DNA of 64,000 nt. Origin: Thermodesulfobacteriota bacterium. GTDB taxonomy: Bacteria; Desulfobacterota; Desulfobulbia; Desulfobulbales; SURF-16. Position 1 is the first letter of the stretch. Each line of letters starts with the position of its first letter. Position numbers and translations under genes: made by a program. The notes below the pieces were generated by a model. The model saw only the letters and a list, made by a program, of their open reading frames with translations. It did not search any database and was not told the DNA's origin. This document shows, piece after piece, positions 46,889-56,875 of the stretch. Location of the stretch: assembly GCA_039714595.1 (NCBI GenBank), contig JBDLJA010000008.1:6565-70564 (forward strand), given 5' to 3'.

Positions 46889-48046
46889 TTACGGTTGGGC
46901 CAGTCCCAGCAGGGCGGCCTGGGCCAGAAAGGCGGCCCCTAGGGGCAGCACTGCCTCGTCAAAGTCAAACTGGGGGCTGTGGGCCGGAGCTGCCCCTGGG
47001 CCTGGTGAGGCCCCCAGCCGCACCAGGCAACCGGGTACCCGGTTTAGGTAAAAGGCGAAGTCCTCACCGCCCAGGCTGGGGTGGCCCTGTTCCTTGACCC
47101 CTGCTGTCCCCACCAGCAGCTCGGCGGCCTGGCGGGCCAGCCCGCTTGCCCCTGGTTCATTGATCACGGCCGGGTAACCTGGCTCCAGGTCAATGGTGGC
47201 CGCGGCCGAGTAAAGCTCCTCCATGGCCGCCACCATGCGCTGCAGGCCGCTGATGATCTTCTGCCGGGCCTGGGGCATGGTGGTGCGGATGGTGCCCTCC
47301 AGCACGGCCCGATGGGCGATGACGTTGGGGGCCGTGCCGCCCCTGATGCGGCCCACGGTGACCACTGAGGGGAAAACCGGGTTTGTCTCCCGGGAGACTA
47401 AAGTCTGGATGCTCATCACCAGGAGACTGGCCACCACGATGATATCGGTGGTCTCGTGCGGTTTGGCGGCGTGTCCCCCCTTGCCCTCGATGGTGATGGT
47501 GAACTCGTCGGTAAAGGCGCAGATCAGGCCGGGCTGGACGGCGATCTCCCCGGCCTGAAAATGGCGGTCAATGTGACCGGCAAATATCATTCTAACCTGG
47601 GCCAGGGCGCCGGCGGTTATCATGGTCTCGGCCCCGGCCCCCCCCTCTTCGGCCGGCTGGAAGATGAGGATCACCGGGCCGGGCAGGGACTCCTCGCGGA
47701 GCAGGGCGGCGGCGCCCAGGAGCATGGCCACATGGCCGTCATGACCACAGGCGTGCATCACGCCACTGTTTTCCGAGCTGAAGGGGAGGCCGGTATTCTC
47801 GGCGATGGGCAGGGCGTCCATATCGGCCCGCAGGGCGACACCCTCGCCCTCCGTTGGCCCCAGGCGGGCAATGACGCCGGTGCGGTGGGTCCGGAAGGGG
47901 ATGGCCAGTTTGCTAAGCTCCCGGCAGATCAGCTCCTGGGTTCGCGTCTCCTGGAAGGCCAGTTCCGGCCAGCGGTGAATGGCCCGGCGGATACCTATGA
48001 GCCACTGGCTGAATTCCGGATCTGGGGGCGGCCAGGGAGTTTTCAT
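46889..48046 (-). CDS. M20 family amidohydrolase (N-acyl-amino acid / hippurate hydrolase type)
   Basis: HRWPELAFQE and MHACGHDGH motifs. Start set at ATG 48046 (AGGAG RBS) rather than TTG 48064. Confidence 0.8.
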   Translation of the reverse strand: MKTPWPPPDPEFSQWLIGIRRAIHRWPELAFQETRTQELICRELSKLAIPFRTHRTGVIARLGPTEGEGVALRADMDALPIAENTGLPFSSENSGVMHACGHDGHVAMLLGAAALLREESLPGPVILIFQPAEEGGAGAETMITAGALAQVRMIFAGHIDRHFQAGEIAVQPGLICAFTDEFTITIEGKGGHAAKPHETTDIIVVASLLVMSIQTLVSRETNPVFPSVVTVGRIRGGTAPNVIAHRAVLEGTIRTTMPQARQKIISGLQRMVAAMEELYSAAATIDLEPGYPAVINEPGASGLARQAAELLVGTAGVKEQGHPSLGGEDFAFYLNRVPGCLVRLGASPGPGAAPAHSPQFDFDEAVLPLGAAFLAQAALLGLAQP

Positions 48047-48266
48047 GGACTTTTTCTCCTGCAAGGGGGAGGTAATTTATTTATCCAGTAAGCCAAGGTC
48101 TCTGGCCCCGGGCCCTGTCCAGCACTGGCGGTCGCTTAAGGGCCTGGAGTAAAGTATAGGCAGCGACAGAGTCGCTGTAAAGGTTAGGTGGCCATTCCCC
48201 CTTTACAGCGGGAGCCGCACTGCCTAACGTATAAAAATTGAACCATTGTGCTGGAGAAGATGCGAA

Positions 48267-49523
48267 ATGACCCTGCCGGAGCTGTTGACCCCCCAGAGCC
48301 CCACCACCAACCTGCTCTTTATCATGGTCCTGGTCTGGTCCGCCGGTGTTCTCTTCCGGAAGATAAAGCAGCCGCCGGTCCTGGGCGAGCTGACGGCCGG
48401 CATCATCTTCGGCCCGGCCATGCTGGGCTTTATTCAGCCGGACGGCATGGTAACGGTGCTGGCTGAACTGGGCGCCTTCTTTCTCATGTTTTACGCCGGC
48501 CTGGAGACAAACCCCTTTGACCTCAAGGCGCATCGCGGCACGGCTATCCTGGTGGGTTTCTTTGGTTTCCTGGTACCCTTTCTCATGGGCTACACTCTCT
48601 GCCTGCTCTTCGGCATGGCCCAGATCCAGGCGATGTTCATCGGCTTGGGCTTATCGGTAACCGCCATCGCGGTGAACGCCCGGGTGCTCAATGACTGTAA
48701 GCTCCAGGCCTATGTGGTGGTGCCGGTGATCATCGGCGCGGCCATTATTGATGATGTCTGCTCCTTTGCCCTGTTCAGCGTTATCATCGGCCTGGCAGCG
48801 GGGGGCAACGAGCCCATCTACTGGCTCCTGGTCGTTGACCTGTTCAAGGTTCTGCTCTTCTTCGGGTTGACCTGCGGCATCGGCATCTACCTCTACCCCA
48901 GTTTCGCCCCCCATTTTATGGGCCGGGAGGCCAAGGGCTTTACCTTTGCCCTGATCATGGCCCTGGTCTTCGGCCTCATGGCCGAGGCCGCGGGGCTGCA
49001 CATCATCATCGGCGCTTACATGGCCGGTCTCTTTGTCCGCGAAGAGATAGTCCATCCGGCCCTTTTTCAGAAGATCAACGACCGCTTTGTCGCCATCACC
49101 TACGGCTTTCTAGGGCCGATCTTCTTTGTCAGCCTCGCCTTTCACATCACCTTTGACATCTTTTTTACCCACACCCTGCTCATCGTGGTGCTGCTGCTCA
49201 TCGCGGTGTTGGGCAAGGTTCTGGGTTGCGGGGTGGTGGCCCGTCTGGCCGGGATGAACAGGCGGGAGAGCACGGTTGTCGCCATGGCCATGAACGGCCG
49301 GGGGGCGGTGGAACTGGTTATTGCCTCGGTGGGGATCAAGTTGGGGATAATAGATGATGATCTGTTCTCCATCCTGGTGGTTATAGCCTTTGTCACCACC
49401 ATGATTCCTCCCTTTGCCCTGGGGCAATACCTCCGCCCTGGCCTCCATGGCCTGCGGCGACTCGAGGAAAGCAAGCGCCGGAAGTGGCTTAACAAACCGT
49501 GCGAAGGAGATGATTCAGACTGA
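48267..49523 (+). CDS. cation:proton antiporter (CPA2 / Kef-NapA type)
   Basis: About 12 TM segments. PPVLGELTAGIIFGP N-terminal signature. Start set at ATG 48267. Confidence 0.8.
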   Translation: MTLPELLTPQSPTTNLLFIMVLVWSAGVLFRKIKQPPVLGELTAGIIFGPAMLGFIQPDGMVTVLAELGAFFLMFYAGLETNPFDLKAHRGTAILVGFFGFLVPFLMGYTLCLLFGMAQIQAMFIGLGLSVTAIAVNARVLNDCKLQAYVVVPVIIGAAIIDDVCSFALFSVIIGLAAGGNEPIYWLLVVDLFKVLLFFGLTCGIGIYLYPSFAPHFMGREAKGFTFALIMALVFGLMAEAAGLHIIIGAYMAGLFVREEIVHPALFQKINDRFVAITYGFLGPIFFVSLAFHITFDIFFTHTLLIVVLLLIAVLGKVLGCGVVARLAGMNRRESTVVAMAMNGRGAVELVIASVGIKLGIIDDDLFSILVVIAFVTTMIPPFALGQYLRPGLHGLRRLEESKRRKWLNKPCEGDDSD

Positions 49524-49730
49524 CAGTAAGCTAGCCAGGGGTAAAACGGGGGGCTTTTGTCGCCCTTTATCTGCAGAGGGAGATGAAAAGGGCGGCGCAG
49601 GTGGCGAATTTCAAAGAGAGTTAGCTGTCCGCGGGCAGTGCCAGCGGTTTGAAAACAGCTAAAAACCAGCGGCGAATATTAACTCCTGCTGAATAGCTGC
49701 CACGGCGTGACAAGGGGGAGGGAGGAGGCT

Positions 49731-51410
49731 TCAGATAATTTCCATTATCTTGTTGGTGAGATCCGCCATGTTGAACGGTTTCTGGATGAAGGCGGAGCAG
49801 CCGCGCTTAACGATATCAGCCGCCTCACCCTCCAGGGAGTAGCCGGAGGAGAGGATCACCTTGATTTCCGGGTCCAGCCGTTGCAGCTCGTCAAAGGTCT
49901 CACTACCACCCTTTTCCGGCATGACCATGTCCAGGACAACGATGTCAAACTCATCCTCCTGATAATGGCTGATCGCCTCAACGCCGTTGGCCGCCGTGGT
50001 CACGGTGAAGCCCCGTTCCGTCAGGAGCTCCTTGCAGATCTCCCGGATGGAGTATTCATCGTCCACCAGCAGGACCCGGCCGCCGGGCGGCCTGCTGGCC
50101 AGGTCGGAAAAACGGCCCTGGCTGGCTGGTTTCTCGGAGCTGGCCGGCAGGTAAACGTGAAAGGTGGTGCCCCGGCCCAGCCTGGATTTAATCTCAATGA
50201 GGCCGCCGTAGCCGGCGACAATACCGTAGGTGGAGGCGAGCCCCAGTCCCGTGCCCCGGGATTGCGGCTTGGTGGTGAAAAATGGTTCAAAGATATGGTC
50301 CTGGATCTCCTCGGGGATGCCTTCGCCGTTATCGCTGAAGCTGAGATGGATGTAATCACCCTGGATGCCCTTGTGCATTTTGCTGGCGATGGCGGCAAAG
50401 GGGACGATCTCGGTGTCGATATTGATGCTGCCGCCCTGGGGCATGGCGTCGCTGGCGTTGATGAGGAGGTTGAAAAGGATCTGCTCCAGCTGGCCCTGAT
50501 CTGCCTTCACCGCCAGGCAGGGCACCGGGAAATGATTGGCGATATCGATGTTCTTGTGGGTGCGGCCGAACGTCTCGCAGATATTGGTGATGATGTCACA
50601 CAGGTTGTGGACCCGGACATCGTACTGGCCCTTGCGGGCGTAGCCCAGCAGCTGTTTGGTGAGGCGGCCGCCACTTTCCACCAATTGTTCAATATTGAGC
50701 AGGTGGGAAAGCACCGGCGGCTGGTTGTCTGACTTGCCCAGCAACAGGGAGACATGGCCCTGAATACCCATGAGGAGATTGTTGAAATCATGGGCGATGC
50801 CGCCGGCCAGGGAGCCTAACGCCTCCATCTTCTGGGCCCGGCGGAGACGGGCGTCCTTTTCGCGAATCTCCTGGATCACCTGGCCGCTGAGTTCAATCTC
50901 GTCGGCCAGTAAGGCGTTGGCCCGGGTCAGTTCGGCCGTGCGCCGATTGACCCTTATCTCCAGCTGGTCATGGGCCTCCTGCAGGGCCGCCTGTTTCTGG
51001 GCCACCTCCTGTTGCAGGTGGATCTTTTCCTGACAGTTGCCTAAGACGGCGGAGAGTTCCGAGATGCCCACCGGTTTTGTCAGGAAATTGTAGGCCCCCA
51101 GGCGCATGGCCTCCAGGGCCGTATCCATGTCGCCATGGCCGGTGACCATAATGGCCTCCATCTCCGGATAGCTCTTTCTGGCCGTCTTGAGCAGGGTCAT
51201 GCCATCCATGCCAGGCATGCGGATGTCTGTTACCAGGATGTCGAAGGGGCGGCTGGCGGCCAGAACCTCCATCGCCCGCTGGCCGGAGTCGGCGGTCTCG
51301 ACGCTGTAACCGCGTTGATTCAGCTGCCGTTGGAGCAGTTCCAGGATGATGGGCTCATCATCCACCAGCAGGAGGCGGTTGACTTTAGCAGAGGGAGAGG
51401 GGCTGGGCAT
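49731..51410 (-). CDS. hybrid sensor histidine kinase/response regulator (REC-coiled coil-HisKA-HATPase-REC)
   Basis: N-terminal receiver ([16 protein letters not shown]). H-box [10 protein letters not shown]-boxes GTGLGL. C-terminal receiver (VLLVDDE..DMVMP). Confidence 0.85.
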   Translation of the reverse strand: MPSPSPSAKVNRLLLVDDEPIILELLQRQLNQRGYSVETADSGQRAMEVLAASRPFDILVTDIRMPGMDGMTLLKTARKSYPEMEAIMVTGHGDMDTALEAMRLGAYNFLTKPVGISELSAVLGNCQEKIHLQQEVAQKQAALQEAHDQLEIRVNRRTAELTRANALLADEIELSGQVIQEIREKDARLRRAQKMEALGSLAGGIAHDFNNLLMGIQGHVSLLLGKSDNQPPVLSHLLNIEQLVESGGRLTKQLLGYARKGQYDVRVHNLCDIITNICETFGRTHKNIDIANHFPVPCLAVKADQGQLEQILFNLLINASDAMPQGGSINIDTEIVPFAAIASKMHKGIQGDYIHLSFSDNGEGIPEEIQDHIFEPFFTTKPQSRGTGLGLASTYGIVAGYGGLIEIKSRLGRGTTFHVYLPASSEKPASQGRFSDLASRPPGGRVLLVDDEYSIREICKELLTERGFTVTTAANGVEAISHYQEDEFDIVVLDMVMPEKGGSETFDELQRLDPEIKVILSSGYSLEGEAADIVKRGCSAFIQKPFNMADLTNKIMEII

Positions 51411-51562
51411 GGCACTCTTTTCTAGTAAGGTGATTTAGTTGAAGAGATCAATGTTAACTACAAATTCGCCAAGAAACCAAGGAGATAATTGCTGGGCCCG
51501 CTGCTCACAAAAAAAATGTTACTTGGTATTAGGTGGTTAGGGTACTTTTTTTTCCCGGTTGG

Positions 51563-53290
51563 CTAAGCCGTTGCGACCGGCCTGATTATAACCCGGAAGC
51601 AGCTGCCCTGATTCGGTTCAGAGTCGATCTCCAGGGACATGTCCATCTCGGAGATGATGCCGTGGATAATGGAAAGCCCCAGGCCGGTGCCCTGGCCCAC
51701 CTCTTTGGTGGTGTAAAAGGGCTCCAGGCAGCGCTCTTTAGTCTCTTTTGCCATGCCGATGCCGTTATCCTCCACGGCAAAGACCAGCGCCTCGTCCACC
51801 CCGCTGAGCCTGGTTGTGATCTTCGGGACGTAAGCTGGGTCACCCTCCTGCTCCTGGCGGGCCAGGACGGCGTGGCGGGCGTTGGTCAGCAGGTTTACCA
51901 CGATCTGTTCAATCTTCTGCGGATCAATCTGGGCCCTTGGCAGGTCTGGGGCAATCTCTTCGCTGAAGGTGATGGCGTGCTGGCGGAACTGTTCCCGGAA
52001 AAATGAGAGGGCCAGGTTTATCGGTTCAGCGACGTTGTGGCGGGCCAGATGGCCGTCGCTGGCCCGGGCAAATGAGCGCATGTTGGTGATGATACTGGTG
52101 GCCCGTTTGACCTGATCCTGGATCTTATCCACGTCCTGGGCCGCCTCACCCTTTTCCCCCTGGCCGGTGAAGAAATCGGCCAGACAGTCGGCCGCCAGGC
52201 GGATGATGTAAAGGGGTTGGTTGATCTCATGGGCCATGCCGGTGGCCATCTCACCTAAGGCGCTTAAGCGGCCCTGATGCTCCATCTGAACCCGTTTCTC
52301 CTCCAGCTTTCGTTCCGCCTCCTTCAGGGCGCTGATATCCTTGGCCATGCAGATAATGCCGGAAAACTTGCCCTGGTCAGGGGCCAGGTAGGCGCCGGAG
52401 ATCATCACCTGCCGCTGGCTGCCATCCTTGGCGATGAATATCTTCTCGCGGTTGTTCATGATGAAGGTGGACTTGAAATGCTCCAGGTGGGTCTCCTTAA
52501 AAAAGCCATGGTCGGTCATGAACTCGCTGATGTGGCGCCCCGCCATATCTCCCTCGCTGTAACCGAGGAGGTGCAGGGTATACGGGTTCACCTCCAGGAT
52601 CAGACCGTCACTGTCCATAACGATACGCATGTCCTGCAGGGAGGCGATTATCTGTTGGGTGGTCTGCTGGGCCCGGGCCAGGTCGTTGGCGTAGGCCGAG
52701 AGGCGGCGCCCCAGGCGGATGACAATGAACCAGACCCCGATGAGGATCAGGACTATGAGGCTGGAGCCAAAGGTGAACTTGGCCCGGACATTCTGCATGA
52801 GATCAAAGAGGATCTCCTGATTGTTACTGAAGATGGCGATGCCCAGTAACTCTTTAGTGGTGGGGCAGTAGAGGGGGATTGCGATCTCTTCGCTGTTGGC
52901 CGGACTCTCTTCGCCCCGGCTGAAGTCGAGGCGTTCATCGGCCACGGCCAGGGCGTCCTGATCAATCTCCAGCCTGATCTGTCTGGTGAAGGGCCGCTCT
53001 GACTGGGGCAGGCGAAAGAGGAGGATCTTGTCCATGGCCAGGGTGAGGCGGTCCAGGCGGAGCTCTCCCTCCTGCTCACTCAGGTCCAGGGCCAGGATCT
53101 CGGCCTGGGCCTGGGAGAGGGACTTGGAGTAGGCGGTTATCTCCCCTTCAAGCTTTGGTTCCAGAAAAAAGAGCCAGTAGCCGGCCAGGGCGCCCTCCAG
53201 GATTACGGCGAGGAGAATGAAGATCAGGGTGAGGCGGGCCTGGTAATAGCTTGATCTTGCGGATAAATCTTTTAGAGAGGCGCTCATCAA
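51563..53290 (-). CDS. membrane sensor histidine kinase (2 TM periplasmic loop, PAS, HisKA, HATPase)
   Basis: Two TM segments flank a loop of about 150 aa. PAS-like segment. H-box MAHEINQPL. DNGIGM and GTGLGL. Confidence 0.85.
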   Translation of the reverse strand: MMSASLKDLSARSSYYQARLTLIFILLAVILEGALAGYWLFFLEPKLEGEITAYSKSLSQAQAEILALDLSEQEGELRLDRLTLAMDKILLFRLPQSERPFTRQIRLEIDQDALAVADERLDFSRGEESPANSEEIAIPLYCPTTKELLGIAIFSNNQEILFDLMQNVRAKFTFGSSLIVLILIGVWFIVIRLGRRLSAYANDLARAQQTTQQIIASLQDMRIVMDSDGLILEVNPYTLHLLGYSEGDMAGRHISEFMTDHGFFKETHLEHFKSTFIMNNREKIFIAKDGSQRQVMISGAYLAPDQGKFSGIICMAKDISALKEAERKLEEKRVQMEHQGRLSALGEMATGMAHEINQPLYIIRLAADCLADFFTGQGEKGEAAQDVDKIQDQVKRATSIITNMRSFARASDGHLARHNVAEPINLALSFFREQFRQHAITFSEEIAPDLPRAQIDPQKIEQIVVNLLTNARHAVLARQEQEGDPAYVPKITTRLSGVDEALVFAVEDNGIGMAKETKERCLEPFYTTKEVGQGTGLGLSIIHGIISEMDMSLEIDSEPNQGSCFRVIIRPVATA

Positions 53291-53883
53291 TAGTGTGAGG
53301 CGATACGGAGGAAAAAGGGTTTGAGGCGCAGGCCGGAGACGCGCAGGGTGTTTGTGTTAACCTGGGGCAGGATATTGGCCGTGACCTGGATGGAGCTTGC
53401 CACCCCGGCGCTGATATCACCCTGGAAGGGCGAGAAGGTAATGGCGGCGTTGGCCTTGCCGTAGGCTACCACCCGGCCAAGGTGGCGCAGGCGGGGTTCG
53501 CTGATGAATATGCCGGCCACGGGAGGGGGAGTTGCCTCAAGGAGAACGGGGTTAATGATTAAGACCCGCAGGGGGATGTTTTTTACCCGGGCCACCTGGC
53601 GCAGGCGGGCGGCCGCGTCCTCGGCCTGTTGCGGGTTGTTTTCGTAGATAACCGCGATGTTGAGCACACCCTCAGCACTCGTTTTTTCGCGGATGTCGAT
53701 GTCCGCGGCCAGGACGCTGGGAAAGAGGTCCAGGCCGGCCTGCAGGCGGCGCAGTTCAGGCGATTCGGCCGCAGCTCTGCCGCTGAGGCCGAAGGTAAGG
53801 GTCAGCAGGAGAAGAAGGGCGCTGCCGCGCTTCAGGGCAGTTAGGCCCCTATGTCTTGCTTGGCGAGGTTTCAAAATTCTCAC
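53287..53883 (-). CDS. periplasmic YfiR/DUF4154-like protein
   Basis: Signal peptide ..LLLLLTLTFGLSGRAAA. The overall pattern and the position between a TonB receptor and a sensor kinase resemble DUF4154. GTG start abuts the receptor stop codon. Confidence 0.45.
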   Translation of the reverse strand: MRILKPRQARHRGLTALKRGSALLLLLTLTFGLSGRAAAESPELRRLQAGLDLFPSVLAADIDIREKTSAEGVLNIAVIYENNPQQAEDAAARLRQVARVKNIPLRVLIINPVLLEATPPPVAGIFISEPRLRHLGRVVAYGKANAAITFSPFQGDISAGVASSIQVTANILPQVNTNTLRVSGLRLKPFFLRIASHY

Positions 53884-55983
53884 TTACATCTCATAGGAGC
53901 ATTGCAGCCACCAGGACTGATCCTGGGTGGGCAGGTCATTGGGGTAACCCTGGGTATAACCTATGCCGCTTTGGGGGGTGGAGGCGCAGAGCACATCCTC
54001 GTCAAGGAGGTTCTTGACCCCGGCCCGCAGGGTCAAGCCCGGCAGGGGGAAGAGGGAGAGGGTGAAGTCCACCACCTGGTAATCTGCGGCGGGTGGCCGG
54101 CTGTCAATCTCCTTCCTCTCCTGCTCCCCGACATAGCGGTACTGGAGGGCCATGGTGGTCCAGGCCACCGGACTGTAGATCAGGGCGGCGTTGGCCAGCC
54201 AGTTGCGGGTGCCGGGCACGGTGGCCTTGTTGTCCACCAGCTCAGTGTCCACGTAGGAGAGGTTGGCGTCTAAGGTGAGGAGCCGGTTAAGCACCTCTCT
54301 GATCTCGATCTCCCCCCCCCGCTGGATGGCGCCGGCCGTGTTCTGGTAGCTCATGGTGCCGCTGACGGGGTTTATCTGGCTGACGATGGTGTCATGGTTG
54401 TCGGAGTAGAAGAGGGTGGCCTTGGCGGTGCGCCTCTCATTCCGGAAGATGTAGCCGACCTCGACGGTGTCCACCGTCTCCGGGGTGATATTGGCGTTGC
54501 CCTTGACAAAGCTTTCATTGCCGTAAAGCTCCATGAAGGTGGGGGGGCGGAAGGCCCGGGCGTACTGGGCCTTGAAGATGTGCTGGGGCCTTGGCGTCCA
54601 TACCCCGGCAAGGCGGGGGGTGAGGTCATCGCCCACATCGCTGTAATGATCGTAGCGCAACCCGAAGGTCAGGTGGATGGTGTCGCTGATGGTCCATTCG
54701 TCCTGGAGCGAGAGGCTGGTGACCTTGCGCTGGGGATCCTCCGGCACCATGAGGTTGGCGGCCCCGCTGTAGCGCTGCAGGGGTGTGGGGGGGTAAGGGG
54801 GCGTTAAGTCGATATTCCACTCATGCCAGAGATCCTGCATCTTGGAGCGGCTGTAGGAGAGGCCGGTGAGTACCTTGTGGCCGGTCCAGCCGGACCAGGT
54901 GGAGTCGATGGCGGTAAAGTACTTGTTCTCCCGGGCCAGTATACCGACTAGTATCCCCTCAGGATAGGGGTTGCCAGCATTTAGAAAGGGCAATTGGCTC
55001 AGGCTGGGGTCAAAGCCCTCCGGTACCATGTAGGTGGGATCCTGTTCCATCTCCTGCTCCTGCCAGCCCGCCTTGAGGTGAAGGCTGAAATCATCGTTTA
55101 CCTCCCTGGCAAAGCGCGCCTCCACCGTCTTGACCTGCTGGTGCTGGCTCAGCCCATGGCCGCTCTCCTCCATGGTGGCGCTGGGCATCACCCCGAAGAA
55201 ATCACCCTGGCCCCCCTTGATTATGTGGGCCAGCAGGGTGAAGTCGTCGTAGCTGGCGCTGGCAAAGGCGCTTAACGACTCCCGCGCCTCGTTGGTCGTG
55301 CCGTAATTGCCAAAGCTGTCCGGGCCAATGTAGTGATCGGCCCCGTTGCTGGTTGCCCCGGCCACGTTCAGGGAGAGGAAGTCTTCTCTGTCATCACTGG
55401 TCCAGGCCGTGGCCACGCCGCCGTCATAGCTCTCAAAGCGTCCGACCGAACCATACACCCTGTTGTTGCACTTGCGGGTGATGATATTGATCACCCCTGA
55501 GTAGGCAAACTCGCCGTTGATGGCGGATCCGGGCCCGCGGATTACCTCGATGCGGTCCACCTGCTCGATGGGGATGGCGGCCACGCCGCTGCTCTGGCCG
55601 GCGAATGTGGAGACCATGGGTGAGCCGTTCACCATGATCATGGCGGTGGCCGGAGCGTAACCGCTGCCCAGGCCCCGGCTCAAGAGGCCCTGGGCCCCGC
55701 TGTTGTTGATGGCCACGTCAAAGCCCGGGACCAGGGTCATGGCCTTGGCCAGGTTGCGGATGCCGCGCGCCTCCAGCTCGTCGCCATGGAGGACGGTGAC
55801 CATGCCGGGGATGTAGTCGGCGTTCATCCGGGTCTCGGTGGCAATGGCCGTGTGCTTGTCCAGCACGGCCATGAGTTGGTTCAGCTCGGCCTCGTCAACG
55901 GATTCGGCGGCCACTGCCGGCGAGGAGATGAGGGCGAGGGTGATAAGGGCCAGGGTATGTACTTTTGTCGCGGTGGGAAACAT
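53884..55983 (-). CDS. TonB-dependent outer-membrane receptor
   Basis: Signal peptide, plug domain (VTVLHGDELEARGIRNLAKAMTLVPG; DRIEVIRGPGSA), and a long beta-barrel. Start set at ATG 55983. The C-terminus ends ..CSYEM rather than with the usual terminal Phe. Confidence 0.85.
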   Translation of the reverse strand: MFPTATKVHTLALITLALISSPAVAAESVDEAELNQLMAVLDKHTAIATETRMNADYIPGMVTVLHGDELEARGIRNLAKAMTLVPGFDVAINNSGAQGLLSRGLGSGYAPATAMIMVNGSPMVSTFAGQSSGVAAIPIEQVDRIEVIRGPGSAINGEFAYSGVINIITRKCNNRVYGSVGRFESYDGGVATAWTSDDREDFLSLNVAGATSNGADHYIGPDSFGNYGTTNEARESLSAFASASYDDFTLLAHIIKGGQGDFFGVMPSATMEESGHGLSQHQQVKTVEARFAREVNDDFSLHLKAGWQEQEMEQDPTYMVPEGFDPSLSQLPFLNAGNPYPEGILVGILARENKYFTAIDSTWSGWTGHKVLTGLSYSRSKMQDLWHEWNIDLTPPYPPTPLQRYSGAANLMVPEDPQRKVTSLSLQDEWTISDTIHLTFGLRYDHYSDVGDDLTPRLAGVWTPRPQHIFKAQYARAFRPPTFMELYGNESFVKGNANITPETVDTVEVGYIFRNERRTAKATLFYSDNHDTIVSQINPVSGTMSYQNTAGAIQRGGEIEIREVLNRLLTLDANLSYVDTELVDNKATVPGTRNWLANAALIYSPVAWTTMALQYRYVGEQERKEIDSRPPAADYQVVDFTLSLFPLPGLTLRAGVKNLLDEDVLCASTPQSGIGYTQGYPNDLPTQDQSWWLQCSYEM

Positions 55984-56088
55984 AAAATAACACTTAACTC
56001 CTGGGGTTAACGGCAAAATTGTTTGACAGCCGCCAGAAGGTGGCGTGGGCCGGGGAAAGGCTGGCCGCCCCTGGAGCTTTTTATCGCA

Positions 56089-56107
56089 ACTAATGATAAA
56101 TTTTGTA
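56089..56107. promoter_or_regulatory. possible Fur-box-like sequence upstream of the TonB receptor
   Basis: ACTAATGATAAATTTTGTA matches about 12/19 positions of GATAATGATAATCATTATC, including the AATGATAA core. It lies about 105 nt upstream of the receptor start. Confidence 0.3.
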
Positions 56108-56156
56108 AGGCATATTAGCCGCCTGGCAGAGCAAAGTCAATGCTCCCTTTCTGCAA

Positions 56157-56600
56157 CTAACCGGAATTGTCAATTTTTCTCGACAACGTCTCCAGGGCCG
56201 CCCTGCTGGCCCGGTCCGGGGCCAGGGCCAGGAGCTTATCCCGGCAATCTGCCAGGATAAGCTGGCGCTCCATGGCCGCGCCATCCTGCTCGCTTAATTC
56301 AGTTAAAAAGATGTCAAGGCTGAGGTCAAGGGACTCCGCGTCGCCAACAATAATAGCGGCCCAGACCAGCTGGATGGTTGCGGGGTTCAGCTTGGAGTCT
56401 GGGGAGCGCATGGCAACCGGTTGCTGGAGCCAGGCCATTTTTTTGATCAGGGCGGCCCGCAGACGGCCCTGGAGAGGGGATTTGGCGGGAATTTCTCCAG
56501 CCTCTATGGCCTGCACCATACCGCTTAGCATGAAGGGTTGCCTTTTGGGTAATTTTTCATTTAAAAAATAACTAATTGCCCATTGGCTGTTCGCCGTCAA
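56157..56600 (-). CDS. hypothetical protein
   Basis: 147-aa ORF with a TTG start (alternative ATG at 56531). Helical-looking, no recognised motif. Coding status uncertain. Confidence 0.35.
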   Translation of the reverse strand: MTANSQWAISYFLNEKLPKRQPFMLSGMVQAIEAGEIPAKSPLQGRLRAALIKKMAWLQQPVAMRSPDSKLNPATIQLVWAAIIVGDAESLDLSLDIFLTELSEQDGAAMERQLILADCRDKLLALAPDRASRAALETLSRKIDNSG

Positions 56601-56754
56601 GGTTTTAGGAGCGGAAAGCTGAGTTTATCTGCCAGGGCAGGGGTTTTATTTTAGTGCGGTTGTGGGCCTTGGCGCTTGGCGCCTGGCGGCAAGTAAACTC
56701 CCGGCCCGCAAGGCGGCTGCCGTTGCCAGGAGCCCGCGCCATGGGGCTAACGCA

Positions 56755-56783
56755 TTGACATTATAGGGACCAAATGATAAACG
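56755..56783 (+). promoter_or_regulatory. predicted sigma-70 promoter for prpE
   Basis: TTGACA, 17-nt spacer, TAAACG, about 90 nt upstream of the start codon. Confidence 0.5.
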
Positions 56784-56875
56784 AGTTTTTTAGGTAATTT
56801 TACATGGGTGTTTCTGCCTAGGTTGGGGCGGCGGCCCCCGGTTCATTTTTTTGCTAATGAGAGGAGATTGTGATC

